Source of the DNA: Lama glama
Taxonomy: Eukaryota
Direction: 5' to 3'
Length of the DNA stretch: 64,000 nucleotides
Assembly: GCA_028534125.1 (NCBI GenBank)
Contig: CM052817.1
Span: 44,704,001-44,768,000 of the forward strand
In this document: positions 24,901 to 39,900 of the stretch, in pieces
How positions within the stretch are numbered: position 1 is the stretch's first letter
How the letters are laid out: each line of letters begins with the position of its first letter
Made by a program: the position numbers and the translations under genes
Notes under the pieces: model-generated
The model's input: the letters and a program-made list of their open reading frames with translations, nothing else
Told to the model about the DNA's origin: nothing
Databases searched by the model: none

Positions 24901-27900
24901 AAGAAGAGAAGACAAAATTAAGCCAGGAATTGAGTACTGTTGTAACAGAGAAAAACAAGATGGCTGGAGAGCTAGAAGTCCTGAAATCTCAGGAACGCCG
25001 TTTGAAAGAGAAGGTTGCTAACATGGAAGTTGCTCTTGATAAGGTGGTTATTAGCTAAATATGTTAAGTAGTTACCAACTAAATAGTTATTAACTAAGGA
25101 GAATCATTCTGGATGAAAGCCCCATGTTAATAGGGGCCAAATCTGTCAAATTGGATTGTATCCCAGTCACGTCCTCCAAGGAAAAACTGTATCTTATAGA
25201 GAAGGCTGAGCTTTAAAAACACAGTCTCGATGCATACTTTTTACAAAATTGTCTTTTTTCAGGCTAACACAGTCACAAGAACAGTGAGATATAAGAAGTC
25301 ATATGCTCCTGGTATCCTTCATGGTCTGAATAATTAAAAATGCCACCAATCTAACTTACCATCAAGAAGGACTTGAATGCTAGGTAGAATACAGTCTATT
25401 AATACTATCAATGAAAAGATAAAGTGATGCTAATGTCTGGCACTTTGTGGGGTCCAGAAAGTACAGGCAGAAAACACAGCTTAAATCATGAGAAGGATAT
25501 TTTTGTCATTGCCATTAGCTGTAGAGGAGTAAATCTCTTTTTGTGTCGCCTGAAAACTCTGGAAGCCTAAAAATATACCAGAACTAGTCCTTTATTCTTG
25601 AAAAATCAGAGCCTTCATAGTGACAGAAAACAATCTGTGATTCCACCTATGCAAACTTAGATCTTAGAACATGATATACTGACTTGAGTTTGAGTTATGG
25701 TTATCTTTATGCAGATGTGTTTACATTGCTGAAACTGTTTGCTCATTTCATCCTTAATTTTTCATTCTTTCGAGTGCTCTCCACATACTAAATGCCATGT
25801 AGATGCTGGGGATGCAGAGGATAAAGACATGGCCTCCAATTACTCTTTGTTTCCGAATAAAACAGATAAATCAATAGATAAATGTGTGCCAAGAATGGGG
25901 GATCTTTCCTTGAAGAGATCGTGACTGCATTTATAGGTTAATAAAATAAAACTGCATAAAGAATGGAGGACAAACCATATGTGGTTGCTTGATTGTAGGC
26001 ATCTTTGCAGTTTGCAGAATGCCAAGACATAATACAACGTCAGGAACAAGAATCTGTGCGCCTAAAACTGCAACACACTTTGGATGTAAAAGTAAGGTCT
26101 TTTTTTTTTTTTCATCATAAATAGTAGTTTAAGCAAAAATTATGCCTTTGTTTGATATACCTTTATATTTTCTTCATGTATTAGATACATTCAGGTGTAC
26201 TTTTTAACATTATCTGAGGTTAGCAATTAGAAAATCTGTACAAACATTGTTATACACTATACCTATCCTTTTCATATGTAGTAACAAATTGAAGCACCAT
26301 GCTTTATGTTAAGTTAAAATGAGTGAGGGAAACACAGAAGTACCTACCTTGGGGAACTGGAGGTTTGCATACAGAAGGGGGTCAAGCAAGGCCTGAAGTG
26401 AGAGTATGTTTGGCTTGTTTGGAGCATAACAAGCATGATGTAATTTGCATGACAAAACACATCTTCTTTAAAAATTGTACATTTACCACTTAAATGTATG
26501 TTTGGTTTTTTGAGTGTATTTTAATGTTGCATACATACTTTCAAGTCTCAGTACTGGATACTTTCACAGGCAAGAGCACTCCTTAGGTGGGTGGATCTCA
26601 TTCAGTAGTCTGCCAGAACTAGGGTGGAATCTTTGGCAAAGTTAGAATCCAGTGCATCCTATCCAAGACCTGTTTTCACATCTGAAGTACTTTCATCGAT
26701 CAGAAGTGTGAAGGCATCTTCCTAAGGTCATGATTCTTCCCCAAAGAGTAATGTACATCCAGAATCATCTTGCTTAATACTTTGGCTTAAAACTGTGTAG
26801 AAGTTCAATATGTAAGACTGAAATGATGTTTGTAAAAGTAAATTTTGATTTCACAGCTCTAAGTGTAGGTCGACAGTTATTTTGCTCACATATATATTGT
26901 CTTCCAGGAACTTCAGGGCCCTGGATACACTTCAAATTCTTCTGTGAAACCACGCCTTCTACAGTCGTCATCTGCTGCCCGTTCCCATTCTAATGTACCA
27001 TCTTCCCAGTCTACAGCCAGCTTCCTGTCTCATGTAAGTACCTAGTCGTGTAGTCCATGATGCAAATGGGATACTATGTAAATAATTTTAAGTTGAGAAG
27101 GATATCATTTAAAAATACATCTATAGTTGTGACATTCTCAGTTTCTCAATTTTAGATTTATATAGATGAGATGAACAAAAAAGTTTTCTTCCCTGTTTGG
27201 TGTTTTCTCTGGGAAAAACGAACATGAAATATTCAGTAGGATTAATGTTAACAATAGTTGTTAAAGTAAATTATTTAATAGCCTATATTCATTATTTTCT
27301 ACCATAAGCATTTTCAGATTACAAAGCAAATGTTGAGATGGCTAAAATAAACATCACTTCAAATGCCAAAGGCAAATTATTGGGACATTTAGTGCTCTAC
27401 CAGGAAGAAAATGATTTGCTATATATTGTCTCTTCATGAACTGTATGTGAACTTGTTTATAGTATAAAGATTATTACTCTTAAAACATTTTTACTCTCTT
27501 TAGTTGAAACATTAGAGGCTTTGGTGTGTGATAACTCCATTATCTGAATCTCCTATGGACTTGTGATCATTGTTTCTCTTTGTTTGTAGCCATATTTTTG
27601 TCTAGTCTTTTTGGTTTCTGTTTTTCAAGACCTTATTTTTTAGAGGAGTTTCAGATTCACACCAAAATTGAGAGGAACGTACAGAGATTTCCTGTATACT
27701 CCCTGTCCCTACGTGAGCACAGTCTCCCCATTATTAACATCACTCACCAGAATGATACATGTGTTATCGAGGATGAACCTACATTGACACATCATAATTG
27801 CCTGAAGTCCATAGTTTGCCTTGGGGTTTGCTCTTGGTGTACATTCAGTGAGTTTGGACAAATGTTTATACATATGTCATTATTGACATTATCCATCATT

Positions 27901-30900
27901 ATCATATGCTACACAGTGTTTTCACAGCCCTAAAAACCCTCTCTTGCTCTGCCTGCTGATCCTTCCCCCCATTCTACCTCTGGCAACCACTGACCTTTTT
28001 ATTGTCTCCTACTTTTACCTTTTTCAAAATGTTGTTGAGTTGGAATGATACAGTATGTAGCCTTTTCAGATTGGCTTCTTTCACTTAAGTAAATATGCAT
28101 TTAAGTTTCCTCCATGTCTTTTCGTGGCTTGATAGTTCATTTCTTTTTAGCACTGAATAGTAGTTTATTGTCTGGATGTACCATGGCTTATATATTCATC
28201 TACTGAGGGCATCTCGGCTGCTTCCAAGTTTTGGTAATTGTGAATAAAACTGCTGTAAACATCTATGTGCAGGTTTTTGTGTGGACATGTTTTCAACTCC
28301 CTTGGGATAAATATCAAGAGCATGCAACCCATGCTTGCTGGGTCATATAGTAAGAATGTGTTTAATTTTGTCAGAAACTACCAAACTGTCTTCCCAAGTG
28401 GCTGTACCACTTTGCACGCCCACCAGCAATGAATGAGAGTTCCTATTGTTACAGAGCCTCGCCAGCATTTGATGTTGTCAGTGTTTTGGATTTTGGCGAT
28501 TCTAATAAAGGTAGTGGTATCTCATTGTTGTTTTAATTTTGCATTTCCCTGATGGCATATGCCATAGAGCATCTTTCCATATGCTGTTTAGTATCTGTAT
28601 ATGTTTGGTAAGGTGTCTGTTAAGGTGGACCATTCTTTAATCATTTGCTTCCTTTTTAAATAATTGACTTCTAAACATTGGCTGTGAAAAATTACAGAGA
28701 TAATTTTGGATTCTAGATGATATTTTTTTTCTTCATAGAAAGAAGGATTTGTATTTGCTTCTCAATGGTAGCTAAATTAAGAACACTAACAGTCCCGTAT
28801 CACCTTAATTCATCTGAGGATTGAGATTATTTGGATTAAGGCTTTTATCCCAAAGCCTGAGGTTTGCCTATTATTCTCCACTTCTTTGATACAGCTCCAG
28901 TTTTTATCCCTCTAACTTTTTGATTCTGCTAAAAGTTCATTTCACCCATTCAGCCTCTCAACTGCTTCTTTTAGAATTGGCAAATGCTTCAGCAGAAAAT
29001 GGCCCCAAATGCCTCCAATCTCTGGATTTGCTTTTGTTCCAGGTGTTGGCTCCATAATTCTTTACTGCATTAGTAACTCTCTAATGTCAGGAAGACTTAA
29101 AAATTTTGTGTACTTTTCTAGTGAATTCTGAGCAGAAGGGTTGGTCTACCAGTACCAGAAGAACTCTACTTGTATTCCTTGCTCATACAATTTTAGATAG
29201 CATCTTGAACTTCTACAGAACATTAAAATGTAGCTTTCTTTTTATCACACACACATACATGTACACATTTCTTTTCCCTATTTAATTCCCTCTAAATAAT
29301 CATATCATAAATTTTGGTTAAGTCACATTGAGTGTTCAAATTATTATGACTAAATGAATATTATTCACTAGCTGAACTATACAGTGAACTGTGACTATAT
29401 TTACTTTTTGCCCTTAGATTTAATAATTGTTTTACTCTGTTTAGTTTTCTAGATATCTAGAAATAATTATCCTTCAAAATCCCCTGAAAAAAAACTATAT
29501 AACTTGTTGTATGAGCCAAGTGTAGGGGCGGAATAGTTTTCCTTCTTTCCTTCTAAGTTCTTTGGCTGGTCTAATAATTAAATTGGCATAAGAGGGATGA
29601 ACAGAAGAAAAGCAAATTTATTTTGTATGTATGGGAGTTCCACAAAGACAAGGAGACTCAAGGGCAAGTCAAGCACTTGGGGATTGTATGCCATCTTCAG
29701 CTAAGGAACGGGATGGGGCCTGGGCTTCAGAGGGGGAGGAAGGTCAATCACATGATGATAAGAAGATCTGGTGTTTGGTCATCAGGTGTTTTCCCTGCCA
29801 CGCAGGTAAGTCTTTCAGATAAAAACGTTATCTCTGGTAATAGCTCTCTTTCTGGTATAGCCTCCCTAACTAAATTCTTTAAGGCAGTTAAGGGAACAGT
29901 GAAAGTTTTTCCTGAGTCTGCTGGGTCTTTGTGAATGAGGATTATACCATTTCAGAGGTCCAAAGGTGTTAAAAATTATCCAATTGATTGCCCTAGTATT
30001 AATAGGTGAGAAAATGGTAGAACCAGAAAAATTGTATCATGTGATTTGATCCAAGCTTAAACACCTAAGACACACACATATAATTGACAGCTTGACATAG
30101 AAGAAGTATTTCAGATTAGTGTTTCAGATAAAGGCTATTTTAGCACATAAAAATAAAATAGTTTCAGGATGATATATTATATTTATATATCAGATTCCAT
30201 ACACATGCACTGTAATTTGTACTAGCTGTGTTTGATCTTTGTCACTGAAGTACCCATGATGTGAGCAGGATTTTCAGCAAGACTTTATAGGTTTCATCTT
30301 GCTTTTTACTCACCCATTGTTAATATACAATATAAATAATATATTTATACTCTAAATAGTTTATTTATATTACATTTTTATTATAATCTTCTGACAGGAA
30401 TGTAAGTATTATAGGAGATGGATATGGTTAGCCATTCTCAAAATAGAGTAGTCTAATTCAAACTGAATGAGATCAAGCTTTTATTTTTAGCTTTTACATT
30501 TATCTTCTTTCTGTCTTTGGAGAATGGCAGCAGGACTAGTTGAGAAGCACACACTCTCCTGAGACATTACTTATCTTACACCGTAACTCATAAGTTTGCC
30601 TGTAATGGACTCAAAGCCATTAGAGAGAACATTCTTTGGAGAAGATAATGGTGCATTAGAGATATAATTTGTGATTTATTTTGAAAAGGAATCTGACTTA
30701 AAATGATTTCAGAGTCAAATGTAATAGGAAGTAACCAAATCACAAAATAAACCTAAAATTTAACAACAGTGTAAGCTTATATTCTTTCCCTGAAACCAAA
30801 AAGCTTGTAGAAGTTTTAACTTGAAAATGTATGTCCCCTAGAAATAGCCTTTAAGTGTATCCTAAGAGTCAAAGATTGGAGTCAGGGAGAGCAGGATCCT

Positions 30901-33900
30901 TGGTGGGCTCCAGTGACCTCACGTGGAGCTTGTGTGTAGCTGTTTCTTTATCAGTCAAGGGTCATATGTAAAGAATGTTTCTAAATTGTTCATTTCCCAA
31001 TTTCTGAAAGTGTATCTTGATCATGTTATAAATCAAAATATGTTCCATATGAATCAAACAGTAAAGCATTAAAAATGAATCAGTTAAAGTATTACAAGAT
31101 TTATAAACATTTAAAAGAGTGATTGATAATTTTGACTGAATGAAATTTCTTAAATCACAAAACTACCATAAACAAAAAATTAAAATTACAAACTGGAAAA
31201 ATACTTCCAATAAATAAATGGTTAACGTATATAATATAGAGAGTTTTTACATTCCAGATGAAAATAGCATATACTCTAAAAGAAAAGTATACTAAAGATA
31301 TGGATACAAAATTCACATGAATGCATATACCCAATGAACATGAAAAATATTCATATTCTTTATAAACAAATAATAATAACTATGTATTAAAGCAAAAACA
31401 AACTACCAATTTTGCCTATAAAATGGTCAGATGATAATGGGAAGGGCACGGCATAATGGCCACTCTTGTATCATACCCTACTAATAAACATTGATACGAC
31501 TTTTTGTTTTCATTTTTGCTTCTTAAGTTCACAATTTCCTTTTTTTCTTTTTAAATTAATAGACTTTACTTTTAGAGAAGTTTTAGCCTTACATAAATTT
31601 GAGAAGAAAATAGAGAGTGCTCCCATAGGTTCCTTTGCCATGCCCTCCAGCCCCCAGCTTCCCCTATTACCAACGTCTTGCATTAATGTGGTACATTTGT
31701 TACGATTGATGAGCCAATACTGAAACATTATTATTAACTAAAGTCTGTGGTTTACATTGGGGTTCATTCCTTGTGTTGTACATTCTATGGGTTTTGACAT
31801 ATGTATAATGACATGTATCCATCATCATAGTATTATACAAAATAGTTTCACTGCTCTAAAAATATCCTGTGCTTCACCTGTTCATCCCTCCCTCCCTTCC
31901 CCTGAACCTTTGGTAACCAGTGATCAATATCCTGTCTTTGTAGTTTTGTCTTTTCCAGAATGTCATATAATTGGAATCCTACAGTATGTAGTCTTTTCAG
32001 ATTGGCTTCTTTCACTTAGCAATATGCTTGCAAGATTCCTTCATATCTTTTCATTCCTTAATAACTAATTTATTTTTCAGTGAATAACAATAATAGTATG
32101 AATGTACCACAGTTTATCTATTCACCTATTGGAAGCCAGCTGATTGCTTCCAAGTTTTAGCAAATTAATACAGCTGCTGTAAACATCTGTGTGCAGGTTT
32201 TGCATGGACATACGTTTTCAAGTCTTTTGGGTAAATACTATAGAGCATGATTGCTGCATTATATAGTAAGGGCATGTTTAGTTTTATAAGGAACTACCAA
32301 ACTGTCCTCCAAAGCGGCTGTGCCATCTTGCAGTCTCACCAGCAGTGAATGAGAGTTCTTGTTGCTCCTCATCCTTGTCACCATTTGGTATTGTCAGTGT
32401 TTGGATTTTAGCCATTCTAATAGAAGTGTAATGTGATATCTTACCATTTTAGTTTGAAATTCTTTAATGAAATATGGTGTTGAACATATTTTCATATGCT
32501 TATTTACCATCTACATATTTTCTGTGGGGAGGTGTCTGTTCCAAATTTTTACCCACTTTTAAAATTGTTTTCTTGTTGTTGAATTTTGAGAGGTTGGTTT
32601 TTTGTTTTGGGGTTTTTTTTGGTATATTTTGGATACCAGTCCTTTATCAGATACATGTTTTGAAAAGATTTTCTGCCAGTCTGTAGTTTATATTTCCATT
32701 TTTTAAATGTTATCTTTCACAGAGAAAAATTTTTAAAGTTAATGAAGTCCAACTTACTGATTTTGTTCTTTCATGGATTATGCTTTTGATGTATCTAAAA
32801 AGATCATCTAAATTTTCTCCTATATTACCTTCTAGGAGTTTTATAGTCTTGAATTTTACATTTAGGTCTGTGATCCATTTTGAGTTAATTCTTATGAAAG
32901 ATGTAAGGTCTGCATCTAGATTTATTTTTTTTTCTGCATGTGGATGTCCAATTGTTCTAGCACCACTTGTTGAAAATATTGCCCTTTCTCTATTGAATTA
33001 CTTTTGCTCTTTTGTTGAAGATCAGTTGACTGTATTTGTATGGGACTATTTCTGGGCTCTTTATTTTATTCTGTTCCATTGTTCTATTTGTCTCTTCTTT
33101 TACCAGCGCTACACTGTCTTATTACAGTAAATCTTGAACTTGGGTACTGTCAGTTCTCCAACTTTGCTCTACTTCAATATTGTCTTAACTATTCTGGAGT
33201 TTTGCCTTCCCATATAAACTTTAGAATCAATTTGTCAATGTCCACAAAATAAAGATTATTGGGATTTTAATTGAGATTGCATTTAATTCGTAAATCAGAT
33301 TGGAAAAAACTGACATCTTAACAATATTGAATCTTCTTGTCCATGAACATGGAATATCTCTCCATTTATTTAGGTCTTCTTTGCTTTCTTACATTGGAAT
33401 TTTGTAGTGTTATTCATGTAAATCTTGTACATATTTTGTTAGATTTATACCTAAATATTTAATGTCTTTGGTACTAATGTGAATGGTATTGTGTTTTTTT
33501 ATTTTAAAATCCAATTGTTCATTGCTGGTATGTAGGAAAGCAATTGACTTTTGTACATTAACCTTGTCTCCTGACACCTTGTTAAAATCTCTTATTTGTT
33601 CCAGAAATTTTTTTGTTACTGTTGTTGTTTGGGATTTTCCACATAAAGAATCATGTCATTTGTGAAGAAAGACAGTTTTCTTTTTTTCTTTGCGAATCTA
33701 TACACCTTTTGTTTCCTTCTACACGTGCTTTTTTTTTTTTTAATTGAAGTCAATTACAATGTGTCAATCTCTGGTGTACAGCACAATGTCCCAGTCTCTA
33801 CATGTGCTTTTATATTTAAAGTGTGTTTCTTGTAGACAACATATGTTTAGGTCTTGTTTTTGATGGATGCTGACAATCTCTGTTTTTTAAGTTGGTTAAT

Positions 33901-36900
33901 TTAGACCATTAACATTTAAAAAGATTATTCATATAGCTGAATTATTATCTATCATATTTGTTACTATTTTTGTTATTGCCTTTGTTTTTGCTCCTGTTTT
34001 TGTCCTTCAACCTTTTCCTGCTTTTTTTTAATTGAGCATTTTGTATGATTTAATTTTCTCTCCTTTTGTAGCATATGTTATTTTTTCTTTCTTTTTTTCT
34101 TTTCTTTTTTTTTGTTTTTAGAGATTGCACTATACATTTACAACTAATTCACATTCACTTTCAGATAACACTATACCATGTCATGGATAGTGAAGGTATC
34201 TTCTAACAAAATAATTCTAATTCCTCTCTCCTGTCCCTTGAATTGTTGTTACTCATTTCACTTGTACGTAAGCATACATGCATAGTATTACATATCATAA
34301 TATGTATAAATTTTCTTATATATTATAAATAATACATGTACTGTATTAAATATATTATTTCTATTGTTATTTGAACAAACTGCTATTAGAGCAATTATGA
34401 AAAAGGTTTTATTTTACTTTTACTTATTCCTCCTTTAATGTTCTTCCTTTATATAGATCTAAGTTTCTGACCTTATCATTTTCCTTCTTTTTGAAGAACT
34501 TTTAACATTTCTTGCAAAGCAGGTCTGTCTGTTGGCAACAAATTTCTTCAACTTTTGTTTGAAAAAGTATTTCTCCTTTACTTTTGAAGGATAATTTTGC
34601 AGGGTACATAATTCTAGATTGGTGGGGGTTTTTTCCCTCGATACTTTAAATATTTAACTCAGCTGTCTTCTGCATGGCTTGAAGAGAAATCTTATGTTAT
34701 TTTTATCCTTGCTATTCTATAGGTAAGGTGTTTTTTTCCTCTGGCTTCTTTAAAATTTTTCTCTTTGTTTTTGATTTTCTGTAGTTGGAATATAATTTAC
34801 CTATGTGTAGTTTTTTGTTTTTGTTTTGTTTTGTTTTGGTTTTTCTGGTGTTTATACAGCTTGATATGTTGTCTGAGCTTCCTGGATTTGTGGCTTGGTG
34901 TCTGTCATTAATCTTGGAAAATTCTCAGCCATTATTACTTTAAATATTTCTTCTGTTTCTTTCTTCTCCTTCTGATATCTGCATTATGCTTATGTTACAC
35001 CTTTGTAATTGACCCACAGTTCTACATTCCACACTATCTTTCTCATCCTTTTCTCTTTGTGTCTCAGTTTTAGAAGTTTCCAGTGACTTATCTTCAAGCT
35101 CACTATGTCTTTTATTGGGTATGTCTAGCCTACTGATGAGTCCAACAAAGGCCTTCTTCATTTCTTTACAGTGTTTTTTTTTTCTTTTTAACATTTCCTT
35201 TTGAGTCTATCTTGGAATTTCAATGTTTCTGCTTAAATTACCCATCTGTTCTTGCATGTTATTCACTTTTTCCATTAGACCCCTTAGCATATTAATAATA
35301 GTTATTTTAAATCCCTAGTCTGATCATTCTAAAATCTCTGCCATATTTGAGTCTGGTTCTGATTCTTGCTCTGTCTCTTCAAACTATGTTTTTTGTCTTT
35401 TCATATGCCTTGTAATTTTGTTTGTTGAAAGCTAGACATGGTGTACTGGGTAGAAAGAACTGAGAAAGAGTAGACCTTTAGTGTGAGATTTTATGTTTTT
35501 GTCTAGGAGTTGGGCTGTGTTTACTCTTTACTGTAGTTGTAGGTGTCTGAGGCTAAAATTTCCTCAGATGTCCTTGTTTGTGTCTCCCCTGTTGTCTTTG
35601 GATTTCCTTAGAGACTTTTTCTTAAGGTCTTTGACATGTACTTCTTTTGTTGTAATCTCATTATTATACAGAAGCCCTATTGATATCATGGTAAGATGTG
35701 TGTGTTGGCAGGGCTGGGAGGGTGGGCAGGGAAGCATTGTATAGTCTTATAATTAGGTCTGGTTTTTAGTGAGCCTGTGCCCCTTGGGTGGAACCTTCCT
35801 AAGTTCTCAGTTTTGTTACCTCACCACCACTACCACCTTTAGATGAGACAGGAAGGCTAGAGGGAGTTGAGCTGGTCAGGCTTTAGTAAAACCCAAGTTA
35901 TTTAGGCTCTGGTTTGATACCATCCCTGGATGGCTGGATTTATGAAGAAGAACAGAAGGCTCTGAGCATATTTCAGAATAGTTACTTTTCCCTTACTCTT
36001 GTCAGGAAACACAAGGGGATTTTTCTCCAATCTTCACTCTGAGAATCTGATGAGGCTCCTGGAGGTAAAACAAAGATGTGGTGGCCCTAACCTGGAGTTT
36101 TTAATTCTTAAGCTTGTTCTCACTGAGCCTCTAGCAAATTCATTAAAGTTTTTCTACCCATTACTGGCTCAGTGGAGGATTTCTGCTCTTGGACTTCTGC
36201 TCCAGTAAGTTGTAATTCTGTGTATTTGCCTCCAGTTTTGAGAGCAGCAGTTTGCCCTATGTCCTCAGTTCTCTGATGGATCTAAGGAGAGTTGATGATT
36301 ATCAGTTATGGCTTTTCTAGAAAATAGCTATCAGATGTCCTAAAATGCTCTTTGATTCAGTAATATCATCTCTAGAATTTGATCTTGATAAAATAATTAG
36401 AGATAGATATAAAGGTAAGTGCATGAAGATATTCATTTGACGCATTATTTATAATAGTGGAAAATGGAAATAATACAACTGTCAAGAAAGGACCCAGTTC
36501 TCTCTTCTGCTCTGGTCAGACTCTCCCTAAATTCTCTGTTTCATTTTTGGGCATGAGCATTTAAGAGAACCACTGATTAACCAGAGCCTATTGAAAAGAA
36601 GCACAAAGTGGTGAGAAATCATGAACTCATGCCATTTAAAGAACAGAAGAATTGAGATCTAGCTTAGGGTGTGTGTTAGAAAGTATAGATGGGGGAGGGG
36701 ATGTTGGAATGATAAGTAAGTTTCTAAAAAGTTATCATGTTAGACTTGTTCCCTCATGACCTTAGAGGATAATACTATGACCAGGGATGGAAGTTGTGTG
36801 AAGGAGACTCAGTTTAAGGCTTTCTTGCAAAGGATTAAGCTATATAAAAATTAAACTGCCTACCTTGGTTTTTGGCGATCAAGCAAAAGCAAGATAATAT

Positions 36901-39900
36901 ATTCCTGGGGGGCCATGGAGAAAATTCATCATCACTTCTGACTGGAGATTGGACTAGAGCTTCATTGATCTTCAAGATCCCTCCAACTTGATACCTCTGT
37001 GATTTCATACACAGGCAAAGTATGGGCTATTTGAAATGCAGTATGTAAATACAGTGATGATCAAACCAGTCTTTGATTCTGTGAAACTTACATTTTAATT
37101 GGAGGAGCAACACAAATTTTAAAAGTTTTTAAGAGTATTAGGGTGAAATCACAATAAGAGAATATGACTAATTGCTAAGTAAATGTTAGAGCTGAATGCT
37201 TTTCAACCTTTTATGTCTTGCAAAGCACCAGTTACTCTCAAAGAACCTGAGTGTCATGATCCCTAGGGTGAGAAGGAGCATATTTATATGTTTGTAGATT
37301 ATTATACTGATAATTTTTAATAAATATCAAGGGATTAAAATTTTTAATAATTGACAAAGCTTATTAAGTAAACTTTATAACGGGCAGAAGATACGAAGGT
37401 CTAGGTGTTATATTGAGATTTCAAGATTAGAAGTAAAGTGACTGAATATTGCAGTAGGATAAGGTTATTGAAGTTTTATTCCACAACAGGTATTATGTCC
37501 ACCAGGACCAGGGCAAGAACAAAGCCAGTGTTTGGTGAAATTGGATCTGCTTAGAGACAAATGTCTTATTCATGATTAAGAAACTGGTTCAGCATGTGTG
37601 GAATTAGCAGGTGTATGGGAAATCTCTGTACCTTATACTCATTTTTGCTGTGAACCTAAGACTGCTCTAAAAAATAAAGTCTATTAAAAAAACGGTTCAC
37701 ATCTTCATATATTTTAAATTAATGAAGTCAAATTTAGTAAGTTAATGGAGTTTAATTTATGAAACTCTGAACTCATCATGGTAATTTCCATCAATAAACT
37801 GGAAAGACCTTACTTGCCACACATTCAATTAGTTAGAACTCTTGACATCTTTAGCTGGATATTTCATGTGGCTTATCAGTGGGAGTAGGAAGAGGAGGGG
37901 AATGTGAAAGTTATACCAGTAATATCAACACTTGGTTGGCATGGACTCTCCAAAAGGAAAGCCCAAAAACAGAAATCTTGCAGTGTTCATCCCTCAGCAA
38001 CCAATCTGTGTAGCAGGTACAACTCTACATTGGGACAGATACTTCTGCCTAAGACTGCTTGATGATGCTTGATGCCTCTCTAGCCATGAACATCCTCCAA
38101 GTCCACCTGCTCAACAGGACAGCTTCTGACTATCATTTGATTCCCCTCGATACATGTTATTACATTATAAATATTCATTGAGGAATATTATATATCTGAA
38201 AATTGAAAAAAATACAATTTTAATACTGTTCTCAAACACCAGCTAACACAGTTTGAAAATACTGGTTGTCTCTTTCCTAATCAGTAAAATGTGGGGGTAG
38301 ATTAACTCATCTCTAGAGAGTTCCTTACTTCTAAAGTTTTGTGCTTTTATAAAATTAGTTCAGCCCTAAGTGCAATATTGAAATTATTTGGCCTGAATGT
38401 AGTTGTTAATATTTAACAGCATGGTAAGATGTCCATACCTCATTGTTAAAGTGAAAAAATAAACTAACATTTGAAAATAGTTGTGTATAGTTTGATCCTG
38501 TGTTTGCATACTCTATAAATATGCTTACGTATAAGTATGCAAACATTTATAAATTAGATATAGCACTGTATTGATTGGTTATTATTGAACATCTCTGAGT
38601 AGTAAGAATTATAGGTGGTTTTGTATTTCCTCTTGTTTTTCCTCTATAAATTAATTTTACAATATGAAATGGCATTTGAATATGAAAAAACAAAGTGTCC
38701 TTTTTTTGTAAATTGTTTTAATTCAGCACTCTATGAAAAACAACACAATGAAGGAAGATCCAACAAGGGACTTGAAACAGCTTCTCCAAGAATTGAGAAG
38801 TGTGATCAACGAGGAGCCAGCCGTGCCTCTGGGCAAGACCGAGGAAGACGGGAGAACGCCATCCCTGGGGGTCTCCTATGTGGCCGTGTAAGACTGAGTG
38901 TAATTCAGAGGGGGAAGGCTTCTCTCACCCGTGGTTTGCCACTATGTCATCTGCGTGAGACAACCTCTGGGAGGCTGAGGTTTCAGTAACTTGGAGGGCT
39001 CTCTGATGCCACCGGGGAAAACAGTATGAATGTAGAGGAGTTAAGCAAAAGTAAAACAACTTGACATCAAGAGAAAATAATAGTTGTTCTATTCAGAAGT
39101 TAGGGCGAAGTGTTACCCAAAGTTAGTCATGGAGTAATTTATGGTTCACAACAGATTTCACATCTGTAATCTTATTCGATTATCACAACTGTTTGGGACA
39201 AGACAGAGCAGGATTTATTTACCTATCCCACTTTAAAACTGAGAAAAACACAAGTTCCAAAAGGACTTACCTGCAGCCACATATGGTAGAGCTAAAACTA
39301 GAACCCTGAGAACTACATAACTCTCCAGGTATAAGCTAATAAGAGAGTCCTGGTTCTATAGGCATTCATGCCAGTGACTTATATTAAGTTAATAAAAGGT
39401 CAAATCCAAAAAGGATTCAACAAGTCCACCACCCACTCCCTGTACATACCTGCAAAATCAGTGAGATTCTCATGTTCTTTTCAAATAGTGTTTTAAATGT
39501 TTATTGTGTGCTGTTATTAGATTAACTTAGAGCATTTTAATATTTAACATAGTCTTAGCATTATAATGCTAGTTGTATGCAATTGTTAGTATTACAACAA
39601 CCCATTGTTGTAATATTCATTTTCTAGTTATACGACAAATATCTCAAAATAATACTCTCTCTCATAATACTTATAGATAAACAATGTCCAGTTTCTTAAG
39701 ATGTTCAATTAGTGTTTATTAATCTGAGGTAGAAAAATATTAGCTGGATTTATCTATTTTTATTAATAATATTATTAATACTAGTAAAATACTAGTAACA
39801 GTTTCCTAGCGTAACATTTCTGTCTCTGAATCACATGTCAGGAACATTCCATTGTCACTGCATCCAAGAATACTTATATGTACAGGGCACTTTCATTTTT

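Noticed and set aside
38615..38989. 124-aa ORF over the exon at 38727
   Set aside because: Wrong frame; the CCDC158 frame is the one giving [17 protein letters not shown].
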